A stretch of 64,000 nt of DNA from Candidatus Omnitrophota bacterium. GTDB lineage: Bacteria; Omnitrophota; Gorgyraeia; Gygaellales; Profunditerraquicolaceae. Location: positions 129,482-193,481 of the forward strand of contig JBAYMG010000001.1 of the NCBI GenBank assembly GCA_041663665.1, given 5' to 3'. Made by a program: the position numbers and the translations under genes. Numbering within the stretch: position 1 is the first letter of the stretch; the number at the start of each line of letters is the position of its first letter. The notes beneath the pieces were generated by a model. It was not told the DNA's origin and ran no database searches. It was given only the letters and a program-made list of their open reading frames with translations. This document shows positions 20,383-29,665 of the stretch, one piece after another.

Positions 20383-21429
20383 ATGGAAATTCGTGATTTG
20401 CTTTTAATGTGTATCGAAAAAAGCGCTTCTGATTTGCACCTTACCGAAGATGAGCCGCCGATTTTACGTGTTGACGGCAGTTTACTGCGGACAAACAAAG
20501 ATTTACTAACCAGGTTAGATTTAAAGAAAATGCTTTATAGCGTTCTCTCTAATTCACAGAAAGAAATCTTTGAACGTGAGTTAGAGCTGGATTTTTCATT
20601 GGCTCTGCCGGGATTAGATCGTTTTCGTGTGAATATTCATTTGCAGCGGGGCAGCGTAGAAGGGGCTTTTCGCCGTATCCCGATTGAAATACCTACGGTG
20701 GATAAATTGGGTTTACCTAAGATTGTATCTGATTTGGCGCGTAAGCCAAACGGCTTAGTTTTAGTAACCGGCCCTACCGGGATGGGTAAAACTACAACCT
20801 TGGCGGCAATGATTGATTTAATCAATACTGAGAGAGAATGCCTGATTACTTGTATTGAGGATCCAATCGAGTTCATTTATACTAATAAAAAAAGCGTAGT
20901 TAAACAACGCGAAGTTTATTCCGATACACATTCATTCTCCGAAGCTTTGCGTCATACCTTGCGCCAGGATCCCAATGTTATTGTGGTGGCGGAAATGCGT
21001 GATCTAGAGACCATTTCAACTGCTTTGACTGCTGCTGAAACCGGGCATCTTGTTTTGGCTACTTTACATACTCCTGATGCACCGCAAACTGTTTCAAGAA
21101 TTATTGATGTTTTTCCGGCGCATCAGCAGCAGCAGGTTAGGCTGCAGTTTTCCGATTGTTTGCAAGGAGTAGTTTCGCAGCTTCTTCTTCCTCACGCATC
21201 AGGAAAGGGCAGAGTATTGGCCACTGAAGTTATGGTAGCTACTGCCAGTGTCCGGAATGTTATTCGTGAACAGCAAGTTGAGCAAATCTTAACAATTATG
21301 CAGACCGGCTCGCAATATGGCATGAATACTATGGATAAATCTTTAAAAGACCTTATGCAGAAGGGGTTAATTACTTTGGATATGGCAATGTCTAAAGCTA
21401 AAAATAGAGAGGAATTTAAGCAGCTATGA
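20383..21429 (+). CDS. pilT: Type IV pilus retraction ATPase PilT
   Basis: Walker A GPTGMGKTT, Asp box, Walker B VVVAEMRD, His box LATLHT. 348 aa. Confidence 0.9.
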   Translation: MEIRDLLLMCIEKSASDLHLTEDEPPILRVDGSLLRTNKDLLTRLDLKKMLYSVLSNSQKEIFERELELDFSLALPGLDRFRVNIHLQRGSVEGAFRRIPIEIPTVDKLGLPKIVSDLARKPNGLVLVTGPTGMGKTTTLAAMIDLINTERECLITCIEDPIEFIYTNKKSVVKQREVYSDTHSFSEALRHTLRQDPNVIVVAEMRDLETISTALTAAETGHLVLATLHTPDAPQTVSRIIDVFPAHQQQQVRLQFSDCLQGVVSQLLLPHASGKGRVLATEVMVATASVRNVIREQQVEQILTIMQTGSQYGMNTMDKSLKDLMQKGLITLDMAMSKAKNREEFKQL

Positions 21430-21926
21430 GTATTACAGGAAAGAGCATGAAATTAGGGGATAATATTAATACGGATTTTATTATTTCCGGGAGATATAAA
21501 TTTGCCATTACCGATATGAAAGAGCTGGCCAAACATATCATGGAGGATATCGATCCTGACTTTTCTCAGAAGATTACTCCGGGTAAGTCAATTATCGTTG
21601 CCGGTAATAATTTTGGTATGGGCTCAAGCCGCGAACAGGCACCGCTAGTAATCAAAGAAGCCGGCATTGTTGCAGTTTTGTCTCCGCAGTTTGCACGGAT
21701 ATTCTTTCGTAATAGTTTTAATATCGGTTTATTATTAATTGAAACTGATACTTCTAGAATTGGCGAAGCCGATGAATTGGAAATCGATTTAGTTCAAGGT
21801 ATAGTTAAGAATTTGACTAAAGGTATAGACCTAAGAATCAAGCCTTTACCGAAATTCATGCAGGGTCTTTTGGCTGAGGGCGGCATTATTAATTATTATA
21901 AAAAACACGGAGAATTAAAAGTTTAA
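21426..21926 (+). CDS. LeuD/homoaconitase-type dehydratase small subunit (166 aa)
   Basis: Short archaeal-type LeuD fold (GDNINTDFII...GNNFGMGSSREQA). Start ATGA-overlaps pilT. Confidence 0.82.
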   Translation: MSITGKSMKLGDNINTDFIISGRYKFAITDMKELAKHIMEDIDPDFSQKITPGKSIIVAGNNFGMGSSREQAPLVIKEAGIVAVLSPQFARIFFRNSFNIGLLLIETDTSRIGEADELEIDLVQGIVKNLTKGIDLRIKPLPKFMQGLLAEGGIINYYKKHGELKV

Positions 21927-23009
21927 ATGCAGCATAATATAACTCTTATTCCTGGCGATGGTATTGGTTATGAAATTTCACTGGCTGCTACTCGCTGTAT
22001 TGAGGCTACCGGTGTAGATATTAAATGGGATACTGTGCTTGCCGGAAGCGATGCGTTTGAAAAAACCGGTGAACTGCTTCCTAAGAGCGTGTTAGATTCA
22101 ATTCGCAAGAATAAGGTAGGCCTTAAGGGCCCGATTACAACTCCAGTCGGTACCGGATTTCGTTCGGTAAATGTCGCTATCCGGCAAGCTTTAGATCTTT
22201 ACGCTTGCTTGCGTCCGGCAAAGAGTTATGCCGGAGTGAAAAGTCATTTTAAGGATATTGATTTAGTTATTGTTCGGGAGAATAGCGAGGATCTTTACGC
22301 GGGCATAGAATTTGAGGAAGGTAAACCTGAAACTAAAGCTTTGATTGCGCAAATTGCGAAAGACATAAAGAAGAGTATCCGTGTTGATTCCGGCATAACC
22401 ATTAAACCGATATCTAAATTTGCTTCCGAGAGAATTGCAAGATTTGCTTTTGAATATGCGTTAAAAAATAATCGTAAAAAAGTCACCTGCGTACATAAAG
22501 CCAATATTATGAAATTTACCGACGGCCTGTTTTTAAAAACTGCACGCCAGGTTGCGCTGGAGTTCGAAGGTAAAGTTGATTTTAATGATGTGATTGTCGA
22601 TAATATGACCATGCAATTGGTGCAGAAACCGTATAATTTTGATGTTTTGCTTTTACCTAATCTTTACGGCGATATTGTTTCTGATCTTTGTGCCGGATTG
22701 GTTGGCGGATTAGGCGTTGCTCCGGGGTCTAATATCGGAACGGATATGGCTGTTTTTGAAGCCGTACATGGTTCTGCTCCAAAATATAAAGGAAAAAATA
22801 AAGTCAACCCGACTGCGATGATTTTATCAGGGGTATTAATGTTACGTTATATCGGGGAGAATACAGCGGCGAATAATTTAGAGGAAGCAGTAAAACAGGT
22901 TATCGCCGAAGGTAAATTTGTAACTTATGATTTAAAAGCAGATCCTCTAGACCCAGCTATCGTTGGCACTTCCCAGATGGCCGATGCAATTATTAAAAAA
23001 CTTAAATAG
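21927..23009 (+). CDS. Isocitrate / homoisocitrate dehydrogenase-type beta-decarboxylating dehydrogenase (360 aa)
   Basis: GPITTPVGTGFRSVNVAIRQALDLYACLRP closely matches the Icd substrate loop, not the LeuB GAVGGPKW loop. Confidence 0.75.
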   Translation: MQHNITLIPGDGIGYEISLAATRCIEATGVDIKWDTVLAGSDAFEKTGELLPKSVLDSIRKNKVGLKGPITTPVGTGFRSVNVAIRQALDLYACLRPAKSYAGVKSHFKDIDLVIVRENSEDLYAGIEFEEGKPETKALIAQIAKDIKKSIRVDSGITIKPISKFASERIARFAFEYALKNNRKKVTCVHKANIMKFTDGLFLKTARQVALEFEGKVDFNDVIVDNMTMQLVQKPYNFDVLLLPNLYGDIVSDLCAGLVGGLGVAPGSNIGTDMAVFEAVHGSAPKYKGKNKVNPTAMILSGVLMLRYIGENTAANNLEEAVKQVIAEGKFVTYDLKADPLDPAIVGTSQMADAIIKKLK

Positions 23010-23049
23010 AAATTCTAAACTTGAATTTAGAGTTTAAAAGAGGGGTTTT

Positions 23050-23970
23050 ATGAAAATAAGCGTTATTGGCGCAGGCAATGTGGGAAGTTTAACTGCAATG
23101 CGTATTGCTAGTGATGGCCTGGGAGATGTTTTGCTTATTGATGTAGCTAAGGGGCTTGCCCACGGTAAAGCTTTGGATTTAGAGGATGCCCGGGTACTTT
23201 TAAAATATAATTACAATATTCAAGGTAGCGATGATATTGCTCAAATTAAAGATTCCGATATTATTGTGATTACTGCCGGACTTGCCCGTAAGCCGGGAAT
23301 GAGCCGTGAAGAACTGTTAGCCAAGAATGCTCAGATTTTAAAAGGTATATGTTTAAATATTAAAGAGTTGGCAAAGAAGGCGATTGTTATAGTGGTGACC
23401 AATCCTTTGGATATTATGACATTTTATGCTTTAAAAATTACCGGGTTTAAGCCGAGTAAGCTTTTTGGCATGGGTATTAGTTTAGATACTGCCCGGTTTA
23501 TTAATTTGATTGCTGAAGAGTTGAAAGTATCAGTTAATGATGTTGAGGCGTTGGTAATCGGCGCCCATGGGCAGAACATGCTGCCTTTGCCAAGTTTTTC
23601 GAAAGTTAAAGGCGTAGCTTTAGATGAATTCATCAATGAAGATAAAATTAAATCTTTAGTTGATCGTACTATTTCAAGGGGCGCAGAAATTGTTGCAAAC
23701 CTGGGTACGGGAAGTGCGTTTTTTGCTCCTTCGGCGGCAGTTGCGGCAATTATTAAATCGATAGCTAAGGATGAGAAGCGGACTATTGGTTTATGCAGTT
23801 ATTTAAGCGGACAGTACGGAATTAAAGATACCTGTATCGGAGTGCCTTGTCGTTTAGGTAAGAATGGAATTGAACAGGTTATTGAATTAGATCTTTCTCC
23901 GGATGAAAAAGAAAAGCTGGTAGAATCAGCAATGTCGGTAGCTAACTCAACTGCCCAATTAATTGCCTAA
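23050..23970 (+). CDS. mdh: Malate dehydrogenase (LDH-like MDH family)
   Basis: MKISVIGAGNVGS Rossmann. ...GAHG... catalytic His. Confidence 0.88.
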   Translation: MKISVIGAGNVGSLTAMRIASDGLGDVLLIDVAKGLAHGKALDLEDARVLLKYNYNIQGSDDIAQIKDSDIIVITAGLARKPGMSREELLAKNAQILKGICLNIKELAKKAIVIVVTNPLDIMTFYALKITGFKPSKLFGMGISLDTARFINLIAEELKVSVNDVEALVIGAHGQNMLPLPSFSKVKGVALDEFINEDKIKSLVDRTISRGAEIVANLGTGSAFFAPSAAVAAIIKSIAKDEKRTIGLCSYLSGQYGIKDTCIGVPCRLGKNGIEQVIELDLSPDEKEKLVESAMSVANSTAQLIA

Positions 23971-24058
23971 TATGGTTCGGCGGGGATTTTTTAAGATGAG
24001 GAATTACGCCGTTCTTAAGTATCAATCCTGAGCAAGGTCGGAGAATTAATTTGTACCT

Positions 24059-25348
24059 ATGTATGATTTAGTTGTCATTGGAGCTGGCTGGGCAGGTTAT
24101 AACGCTGCTTTAAGGGCAAAGGAAATCGGCCTTAAAGTTTGTCTTATTGAAGCTAACCAGATTGGCGGCACTTGTCTTAACTACGGTTGTATCCCCACTA
24201 AAACTTTAATTCAATCTGCAAAAATATTTTCACTGGTTAAAAAATCAGCTGCTTTCGGTATTAAGCTGGATAATCCTCGGTTAGATTTCGTAAAAATCCA
24301 AGACAGAAAAAATAAGGTTATTGCTCAGCTTGCCCAGGGCATGCAAAGTATGCTTAAGGGGATTGATTTTATTAAATCAACCGCTCGAGTTATTTCTGCT
24401 CAAGAGATTGAAATCCAAAGCAGTAAAATTGATACTAAGTTTATATTAATCGCTACCGGAAGCCAACCGGTTGAATTACCTGATTTAAAATTTGATCATC
24501 AAAAGATAATTTCAAGTAACGATGCTCTTTTACTAACTGAGGTTCCATCTTCATTATTGATTATTGGGGGCGGAGTTATTGGATGCGAGTTTGCGAGTTT
24601 GTTTTCTGCACTTGGCAGCCAGGTGACGGTTGCCGAAAAAATGCCTTTGCTTTTATTCGGCGAGGATAAAGAGATAAGCAGGAAAATAGAGGCTGTTTTT
24701 AATAAAAAAGGGATTAAAGTCGTAACTTCCGCAAAAATCGCCGACTTTAACCCAAATAATTATTCTTGTGTTTTGGTTTGCGCAGGTAGAGAGCCGAATA
24801 TTAGGGGCCTAGTTTTAGGAAATTTAGGCTTAAAATTAGAAAGCAACAGGATAGTAGTTGATGATTATCTTAAAACTAATATTGATAGCATATATGCTGC
24901 AGGAGACTGTGTTTCTAGTCGGATGCTTGCGCATTACGCAGCCTACCAGGGTGTTACTGCAGTTAATAATATGTTTTCTGATGATTGGCGCAAGGCGGAT
25001 AATTTAATTGTCCCGTCTTGTATATTTACCGAACCGCAAATTTCCAGCGTTGGCTTAAATGAAGAAATTGCTTCTGCCAGAGGCATAAAAATAAAGATAC
25101 ATAGATTTGATTTCCGTGCTTCGGCAATGGCGCACGTGGTGGATGAGGCGGAAGGGTTTATTAAGGTTATCAGCAATCAGGAAACCGGGCAGGTGCTTGG
25201 CGCTTGCATGGCCGGCCCTTTGGCTAGTGAATTAATTGCAATTCCTACGCTGGCAATTACAGCGGGTTTAAATATTAAACAATTTCAAGCTACGATATTT
25301 GCTCATCCAACTTTTGCTGAAAGCATACACAAAGCTATTAATAGTTAG
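24059..25348 (+). CDS. Dihydrolipoyl dehydrogenase-like flavoprotein disulfide reductase (short, 429 aa)
   Basis: GGTCLNYGCIPTK redox disulfide. FAD and NAD Rossmann motifs. C-terminal ...FAHPTFAE (His-Glu dyad). Confidence 0.85.
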   Translation: MYDLVVIGAGWAGYNAALRAKEIGLKVCLIEANQIGGTCLNYGCIPTKTLIQSAKIFSLVKKSAAFGIKLDNPRLDFVKIQDRKNKVIAQLAQGMQSMLKGIDFIKSTARVISAQEIEIQSSKIDTKFILIATGSQPVELPDLKFDHQKIISSNDALLLTEVPSSLLIIGGGVIGCEFASLFSALGSQVTVAEKMPLLLFGEDKEISRKIEAVFNKKGIKVVTSAKIADFNPNNYSCVLVCAGREPNIRGLVLGNLGLKLESNRIVVDDYLKTNIDSIYAAGDCVSSRMLAHYAAYQGVTAVNNMFSDDWRKADNLIVPSCIFTEPQISSVGLNEEIASARGIKIKIHRFDFRASAMAHVVDEAEGFIKVISNQETGQVLGACMAGPLASELIAIPTLAITAGLNIKQFQATIFAHPTFAESIHKAINS

Positions 25349-25411
25349 GGTGAGGTTACTTGCCTGGTTTGCGCTTAACAATGATTTTCCCAAATAAAAG
25401 ATAGAGGAGTA

Positions 25412-25654
25412 TTGATGCTTAAAGTTATTTTGCCAGAATTGGGGGAAGGAATTACAAAAGCAACTTTGACTTATTGGTTCTTTAAAAATGGCCAGAAGGT
25501 TAATAAAGATGCTGATTTAGTGGAGTTAACTACCGATAAAACTACTTTTAATTTACCTAGCCCCTGCACCGGAATAATCTCCGAAATAATCTGTAATCCA
25601 GGTGATACTGTAAGTATCGGCCAGACATTGGCAGTAATTAACGAATCTATTTGA
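25412..25654 (+). CDS. Free-standing lipoyl-domain protein (80 aa)
   Basis: E2-type lipoyl-attachment fold with lipoyl-Lys motif LVELTTDKTTFNLPSPCTGIISEI. It is not biotinyl (no AMKM). Confidence 0.75.
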   Translation: MMLKVILPELGEGITKATLTYWFFKNGQKVNKDADLVELTTDKTTFNLPSPCTGIISEIICNPGDTVSIGQTLAVINESI

Positions 25655-25821
25655 CGCAATTGTTTTGTACTTCTGCGTAAAGTGCACTAACTGATTATAG
25701 CGGTAACCAATATAACTAGCTAGCCCTGTTTCCCTACGCTTGCAGAATTTTGCTGTATTACTATGGTACCGGATTTCTATTTCTCATTGACATTATTTGG
25801 CTTCTAAGGTAAATTAAATGA

Positions 25822-26988
25822 ATGAAAATTGACTATAAAAAAGAATTAGAAAATGCAGCCAGGAATATGATTTTTGTACATGATCCCGATCTGTTAATTA
25901 AAATGATCGTGCGCATGATGGTTAATAAAGCTCGAATTGCCCACGCCAGCTTTTTTTTGTATAATAAAGAAAAACAGGGTTATTTGCTTACGGTTTCTAA
26001 AGGCACGCTAAGTAAAAAAATTCCTCTGGATTTAGTCTGCATTGATAAAGACGATGTTTTAATCCGTTTTTTTAAAGAGCATAAAAGTAATTTTATTTTT
26101 GGCCGGGAAGCTTTACTTTATAGCGAAGCAAAATCTGCTTTAAAAAGCACGAAATTAAAACCGGATGCTAAGCAGCAGTTAGTTCAGGTTCTTTATCAGT
26201 TGGAGCTTTTGGAGACACGAGTCTGTATTCCCAGTTATTTTCGGGATGAATTGTTAGGGTTTCTGTTATTAGGAAAAAAAGATAACGGTAAACAATTTAT
26301 TAACGATGAACTGGATTTTCTTGTGGCCCTTAATTCTAATGTGGCTATGGCCATAAGAAACGCCCAATTGTTTAAGGAGCTAGAATATGAGCTGGATCGT
26401 AAGCATCAATTGTTTGTGCGTACAACCGTTGCTTTAGCTGCGGCTATTGAAGCCAAAGATCATTATACGCATGGGCATACTACGCGGGTAACAAATTTAA
26501 GCCTGGAAATTGCCAAGCGGTTGGCTCAGAAAAATAAGAAGGAATTTGATGCTAAATTCTTAGAGAATCTGCATATTGGCAGTCTTCTGCATGATATTGG
26601 CAAGATTGGTGTGCCAGAGCACATTCTCAATAAGCGCAGCAGCTTGACTGTCGGTGAACGTAATCGTATTAATGAGCATCCGATGATCGGGGTCAATATA
26701 CTCAAACCGATAAAAGAGTTAGATGGTTCATTGCTTGGGGTAAGGTATCATCATGAACGGTTTGATGGCAAAGGTTATCCTGATGGGTTATCCGGAGCAC
26801 AGATTCCTTTAGTTGCTTCGATAATTTCAGTAGCGGATTCTTTTGATGCCATGAATACTGACCGCCCATACCGAGCGGCTTTGGATAAAAAAGACGTAAT
26901 TAATGAAATTACAAAATTAAGCGGTAGGCAGTTTTCTCCTCTAGTTACGGATGTTTTTTTGGAACTCTGCAATGAAGGAAAGATCTAA
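25822..26988 (+). CDS. GAF-domain / HD-GYP phosphohydrolase signalling protein
   Basis: C-terminal HD-GYP (HD...HHERFDGKGYPDGL). N-terminal GAF-like region. Confidence 0.8.
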   Translation: MKIDYKKELENAARNMIFVHDPDLLIKMIVRMMVNKARIAHASFFLYNKEKQGYLLTVSKGTLSKKIPLDLVCIDKDDVLIRFFKEHKSNFIFGREALLYSEAKSALKSTKLKPDAKQQLVQVLYQLELLETRVCIPSYFRDELLGFLLLGKKDNGKQFINDELDFLVALNSNVAMAIRNAQLFKELEYELDRKHQLFVRTTVALAAAIEAKDHYTHGHTTRVTNLSLEIAKRLAQKNKKEFDAKFLENLHIGSLLHDIGKIGVPEHILNKRSSLTVGERNRINEHPMIGVNILKPIKELDGSLLGVRYHHERFDGKGYPDGLSGAQIPLVASIISVADSFDAMNTDRPYRAALDKKDVINEITKLSGRQFSPLVTDVFLELCNEGKI

Positions 26989-26994
26989 ATTTCT

Positions 26995-28110
26995 ATGCTT
27001 CCTAAACGAATAATTTTAATGTATATTTCTGAAGTTTCCGGCCACCGTAGCGCTACCCTGGCTATTGAAAAAGCAATTAAAGAGCTTAGTCCGGATACTG
27101 AAATTTTAAATATCAATGCTTTCAACTATACCAATCCCATATCCGAGAAAGTTATAAATCGTATTTATATGGAAGTAATCAAGCGTACCCCTAAAGTTTG
27201 GGATTATCTTTATGACAATCCCAGTGTAGTTAGGGGCTTAGAGAATATTAAGAAGCATGTTCATAAGTCTAATTCTCCAAAACTTAAAAAACTTTTTGAT
27301 AAATTCAATCCCGACCTAGTGGTCTGTACCCAGGCTTTTCCCTGTGGTATGGTCGCTGATTATAAAAAAACTTATGGGGTAAATTTACCTTTGGTTGCCG
27401 TACTTACTGATTATGTACCGCATTCTTATTGGGTGTATGACTTAGTAGATTATTATATAACTCCTTCAGAAGATGTCTCAGTGAAATTAGAAAAAAAGGG
27501 AGTTGATCCCTTAAAAATCAAACCTTATGGCATTCCTTTTGATCATAAGTTTAACCTGAAGATGAATAAGGATGAGGTTTTTCAGAAGTTAAAATTGAAT
27601 TCTAAAAAACCGGTAATATTGATTATGGGCGGCGGCCAAGGATTGGGTCCGATTAAAACAGTTGTTAAGTCGCTAGAAAAAAGCCGGTATGATCTTCAGG
27701 AGCTAATTGTCTGTGGTACTAATAAAAAATTATTTAAGTCTTTAAAACGTAAAATAAAGCATTGCAAGAAAGATATCCGTTTATTCGGTTTTATCCAAAA
27801 TATAAATGAGTTGATGCATATTTCTGAAATAATTTTATCTAAACCAGGAGGAGTTACTACAGCTGAGGTTTTAAGTATAGGTTTGCCGATGGTAATTGTC
27901 AAACCCATTCCCGGGCAGGAAATTAATAATACCGATTTTTTAACACATAAGGGTGCAGCAATTAAAATCGATGATCCTAAGGAAGCATATAAAATTATTG
28001 ATGAATTATTAAATGATAAACCTAGGTTAGAGCAGCTTAAGCTGTCAGCATTGAGGATTGCTAAACCTGGCTCAAGCATGGATATTGCTAAACTTTTGTT
28101 GAACCTATAA
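26995..28110 (+). CDS. MGDG-synthase/UgtP-like diacylglycerol glycosyltransferase (GT28 family)
   Basis: N-terminal MGDG_synth-like MYISEVSGHRSATLAIEKAI. C-terminal GT-B domain. Confidence 0.7.
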   Translation: MLPKRIILMYISEVSGHRSATLAIEKAIKELSPDTEILNINAFNYTNPISEKVINRIYMEVIKRTPKVWDYLYDNPSVVRGLENIKKHVHKSNSPKLKKLFDKFNPDLVVCTQAFPCGMVADYKKTYGVNLPLVAVLTDYVPHSYWVYDLVDYYITPSEDVSVKLEKKGVDPLKIKPYGIPFDHKFNLKMNKDEVFQKLKLNSKKPVILIMGGGQGLGPIKTVVKSLEKSRYDLQELIVCGTNKKLFKSLKRKIKHCKKDIRLFGFIQNINELMHISEIILSKPGGVTTAEVLSIGLPMVIVKPIPGQEINNTDFLTHKGAAIKIDDPKEAYKIIDELLNDKPRLEQLKLSALRIAKPGSSMDIAKLLLNL

Positions 28111-28112
28111 TC

Positions 28113-28970
28113 GTGTTAAATTATTATTTATACCGTTTCGGCCAATTTATTGCTGTATCCTTCCCCCTAAAACTTGTCTACGGTTTTGCGGTTTTCCTGG
28201 CTGACTTCTATTATTTTTTTGCATTTCGTGACCGGCGATTTGTTAAAGCTAACTTAAAGGTTATTTTTCCGGATAAAACTAACCGACAGCTACGCAAGAT
28301 AAGCCATAAGGTTTTTCAGAATTTTGCCAAATACCTGGTTGATTTTTTCCGCTTTGAGAAACTAAATTCAGAGTACATTAATAAAAAAATAAAATTAGAA
28401 AATATCCATTATTTTAATGATGCGCTAGCTGCAGGTAAAGGGGTTGTTGTCCTAACTGCTCATTTGGGTAATTGGGAACTGGGTGGCGTAGTAATTGCGC
28501 AGCTAGGTTATCCTTTTTGGGCGGTAGCTTTGCCGCATAAAAATAAAAAAGTTAACAATTTTTTTGATAACCAAAGAAATAGAAAAGGCGTTAAGGTTAT
28601 CGCCATGGGTAAGGCTGTGCGGAGCTGTATCTCTGAAATCAAGAAAAATCATATGGTGGCTCTTGTCGGAGACCGGGATTTTACCGAAAAAGGGATTGTC
28701 CTCGATTTTTTTGGTATGCCGACGCATTTTCCTGAGGGGCCGGCAGCTTTAAGTCTTTTAACTGGAGCAAGCATTGTTCCGGGATTTATGCTCAGGAATC
28801 CCGATGATAGTTTTACTTTAAGAATTGAAAAGCCGATAGTATTTTCCCCATCACAAGATAAGGCCAAGAATTTAACGGATTTAATCATGATTTATAAAAA
28901 TATTATTGAGGATTATATACGTAAATATCCGGAACAGTGGTATGTTTTTCGTAAGTTTTGGGTTAAATAG
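28113..28970 (+). CDS. Lysophospholipid / lipid A (LpxL/HtrB-type) acyltransferase
   Basis: LPLAT fold. Conserved His in ...VLTAHLGNWE... (HxxxxN variant of HX4D) and PEGT-like FPEGPA. 285 aa. Confidence 0.7.
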   Translation: MLNYYLYRFGQFIAVSFPLKLVYGFAVFLADFYYFFAFRDRRFVKANLKVIFPDKTNRQLRKISHKVFQNFAKYLVDFFRFEKLNSEYINKKIKLENIHYFNDALAAGKGVVVLTAHLGNWELGGVVIAQLGYPFWAVALPHKNKKVNNFFDNQRNRKGVKVIAMGKAVRSCISEIKKNHMVALVGDRDFTEKGIVLDFFGMPTHFPEGPAALSLLTGASIVPGFMLRNPDDSFTLRIEKPIVFSPSQDKAKNLTDLIMIYKNIIEDYIRKYPEQWYVFRKFWVK

Positions 28971-28972
28971 CT

Positions 28973-29665
28973 ATGCGTATTTGTGTAATTATCCCAACCT
29001 ATAATGAGTCAAAAGCGATCGCAGGTTTGGTCAGCCAAATACGCCAGTTAGGATTTGAGGTTATTATAATTGATGACGGTTCAAAAGATGGCACTGCCTT
29101 AATTGCCGAAGCAAGCGGCGCAGGAGTACTACGTAATGCTGTTAATTCTGGTAAAGGCGCATCTCTGATCAAAGGGTACAATTTTGCTGTTGGGCAAGGT
29201 TTTGATGCTGTAATTAGTATGGATGGAGACGGACAGCATTCTTGCCAGGATATTATGTCTTTTGTCCATCGCGCCCAAGACCCGCAAAGTGCGCTTATCC
29301 TGGGCAATCGTATGTCGGCAACTAAAGGTATGCCTTTTTTACGAGTACTAACCAATCGTTTTATGTCCGGTTTAATATCTTTAATTATCAGGCAGCATGT
29401 CCCGGATACGCAATGCGGGTTTCGTTTGGTGAAAAAGGAAGTACTTAATAGCATTAATCTGCTAACTTCAAAGTATGAAACTGAATCTGAGATTTTAATC
29501 AGATCCGCCCGCTTAGGCTTCAAAATTGATTCGATTCCTATTGCGACTATTTATTCCGGGCAAAAAAGCCAAATTAATCCCTGGGTAGATACTTTCAGGT
29601 TTATGCGTTTTATAGCTTTAGAATTTTTTAAGGATTTTAAACTAAACCGGCGGAAGGCGAGATGA
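28973..29665 (+). CDS. Family-2 glycosyltransferase (dolichyl/polyprenyl-phosphate sugar transferase-like)
   Basis: ICVIIPTYNE...IIIDDGSKDGT...DGDGQH DXD-type motifs. Confidence 0.8.
   Translation: MRICVIIPTYNESKAIAGLVSQIRQLGFEVIIIDDGSKDGTALIAEASGAGVLRNAVNSGKGASLIKGYNFAVGQGFDAVISMDGDGQHSCQDIMSFVHRAQDPQSALILGNRMSATKGMPFLRVLTNRFMSGLISLIIRQHVPDTQCGFRLVKKEVLNSINLLTSKYETESEILIRSARLGFKIDSIPIATIYSGQKSQINPWVDTFRFMRFIALEFFKDFKLNRRKAR

Noticed and set aside
25412-25654. The 80-aa protein as a biotin carboxyl carrier
   Set aside because: It lacks the (E)AMKM biotinyl motif. It has the TDK(T/A) lipoyl-lysine context and the hydrophobic pattern of E2 lipoyl domains. The true BCCP (accB) is elsewhere in the window.
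28999-29523. 174-aa minus-strand ORF
   Set aside because: It is antisense to the well-supported GT2 glycosyltransferase gene and has no recognisable family. All other long antisense ORFs in the track (e.g. 1497-1841, 3663-3962, 18690-19028, 22295-22612, 27696-28079, 37905-38351) are likewise shadow ORFs inside conserved genes.
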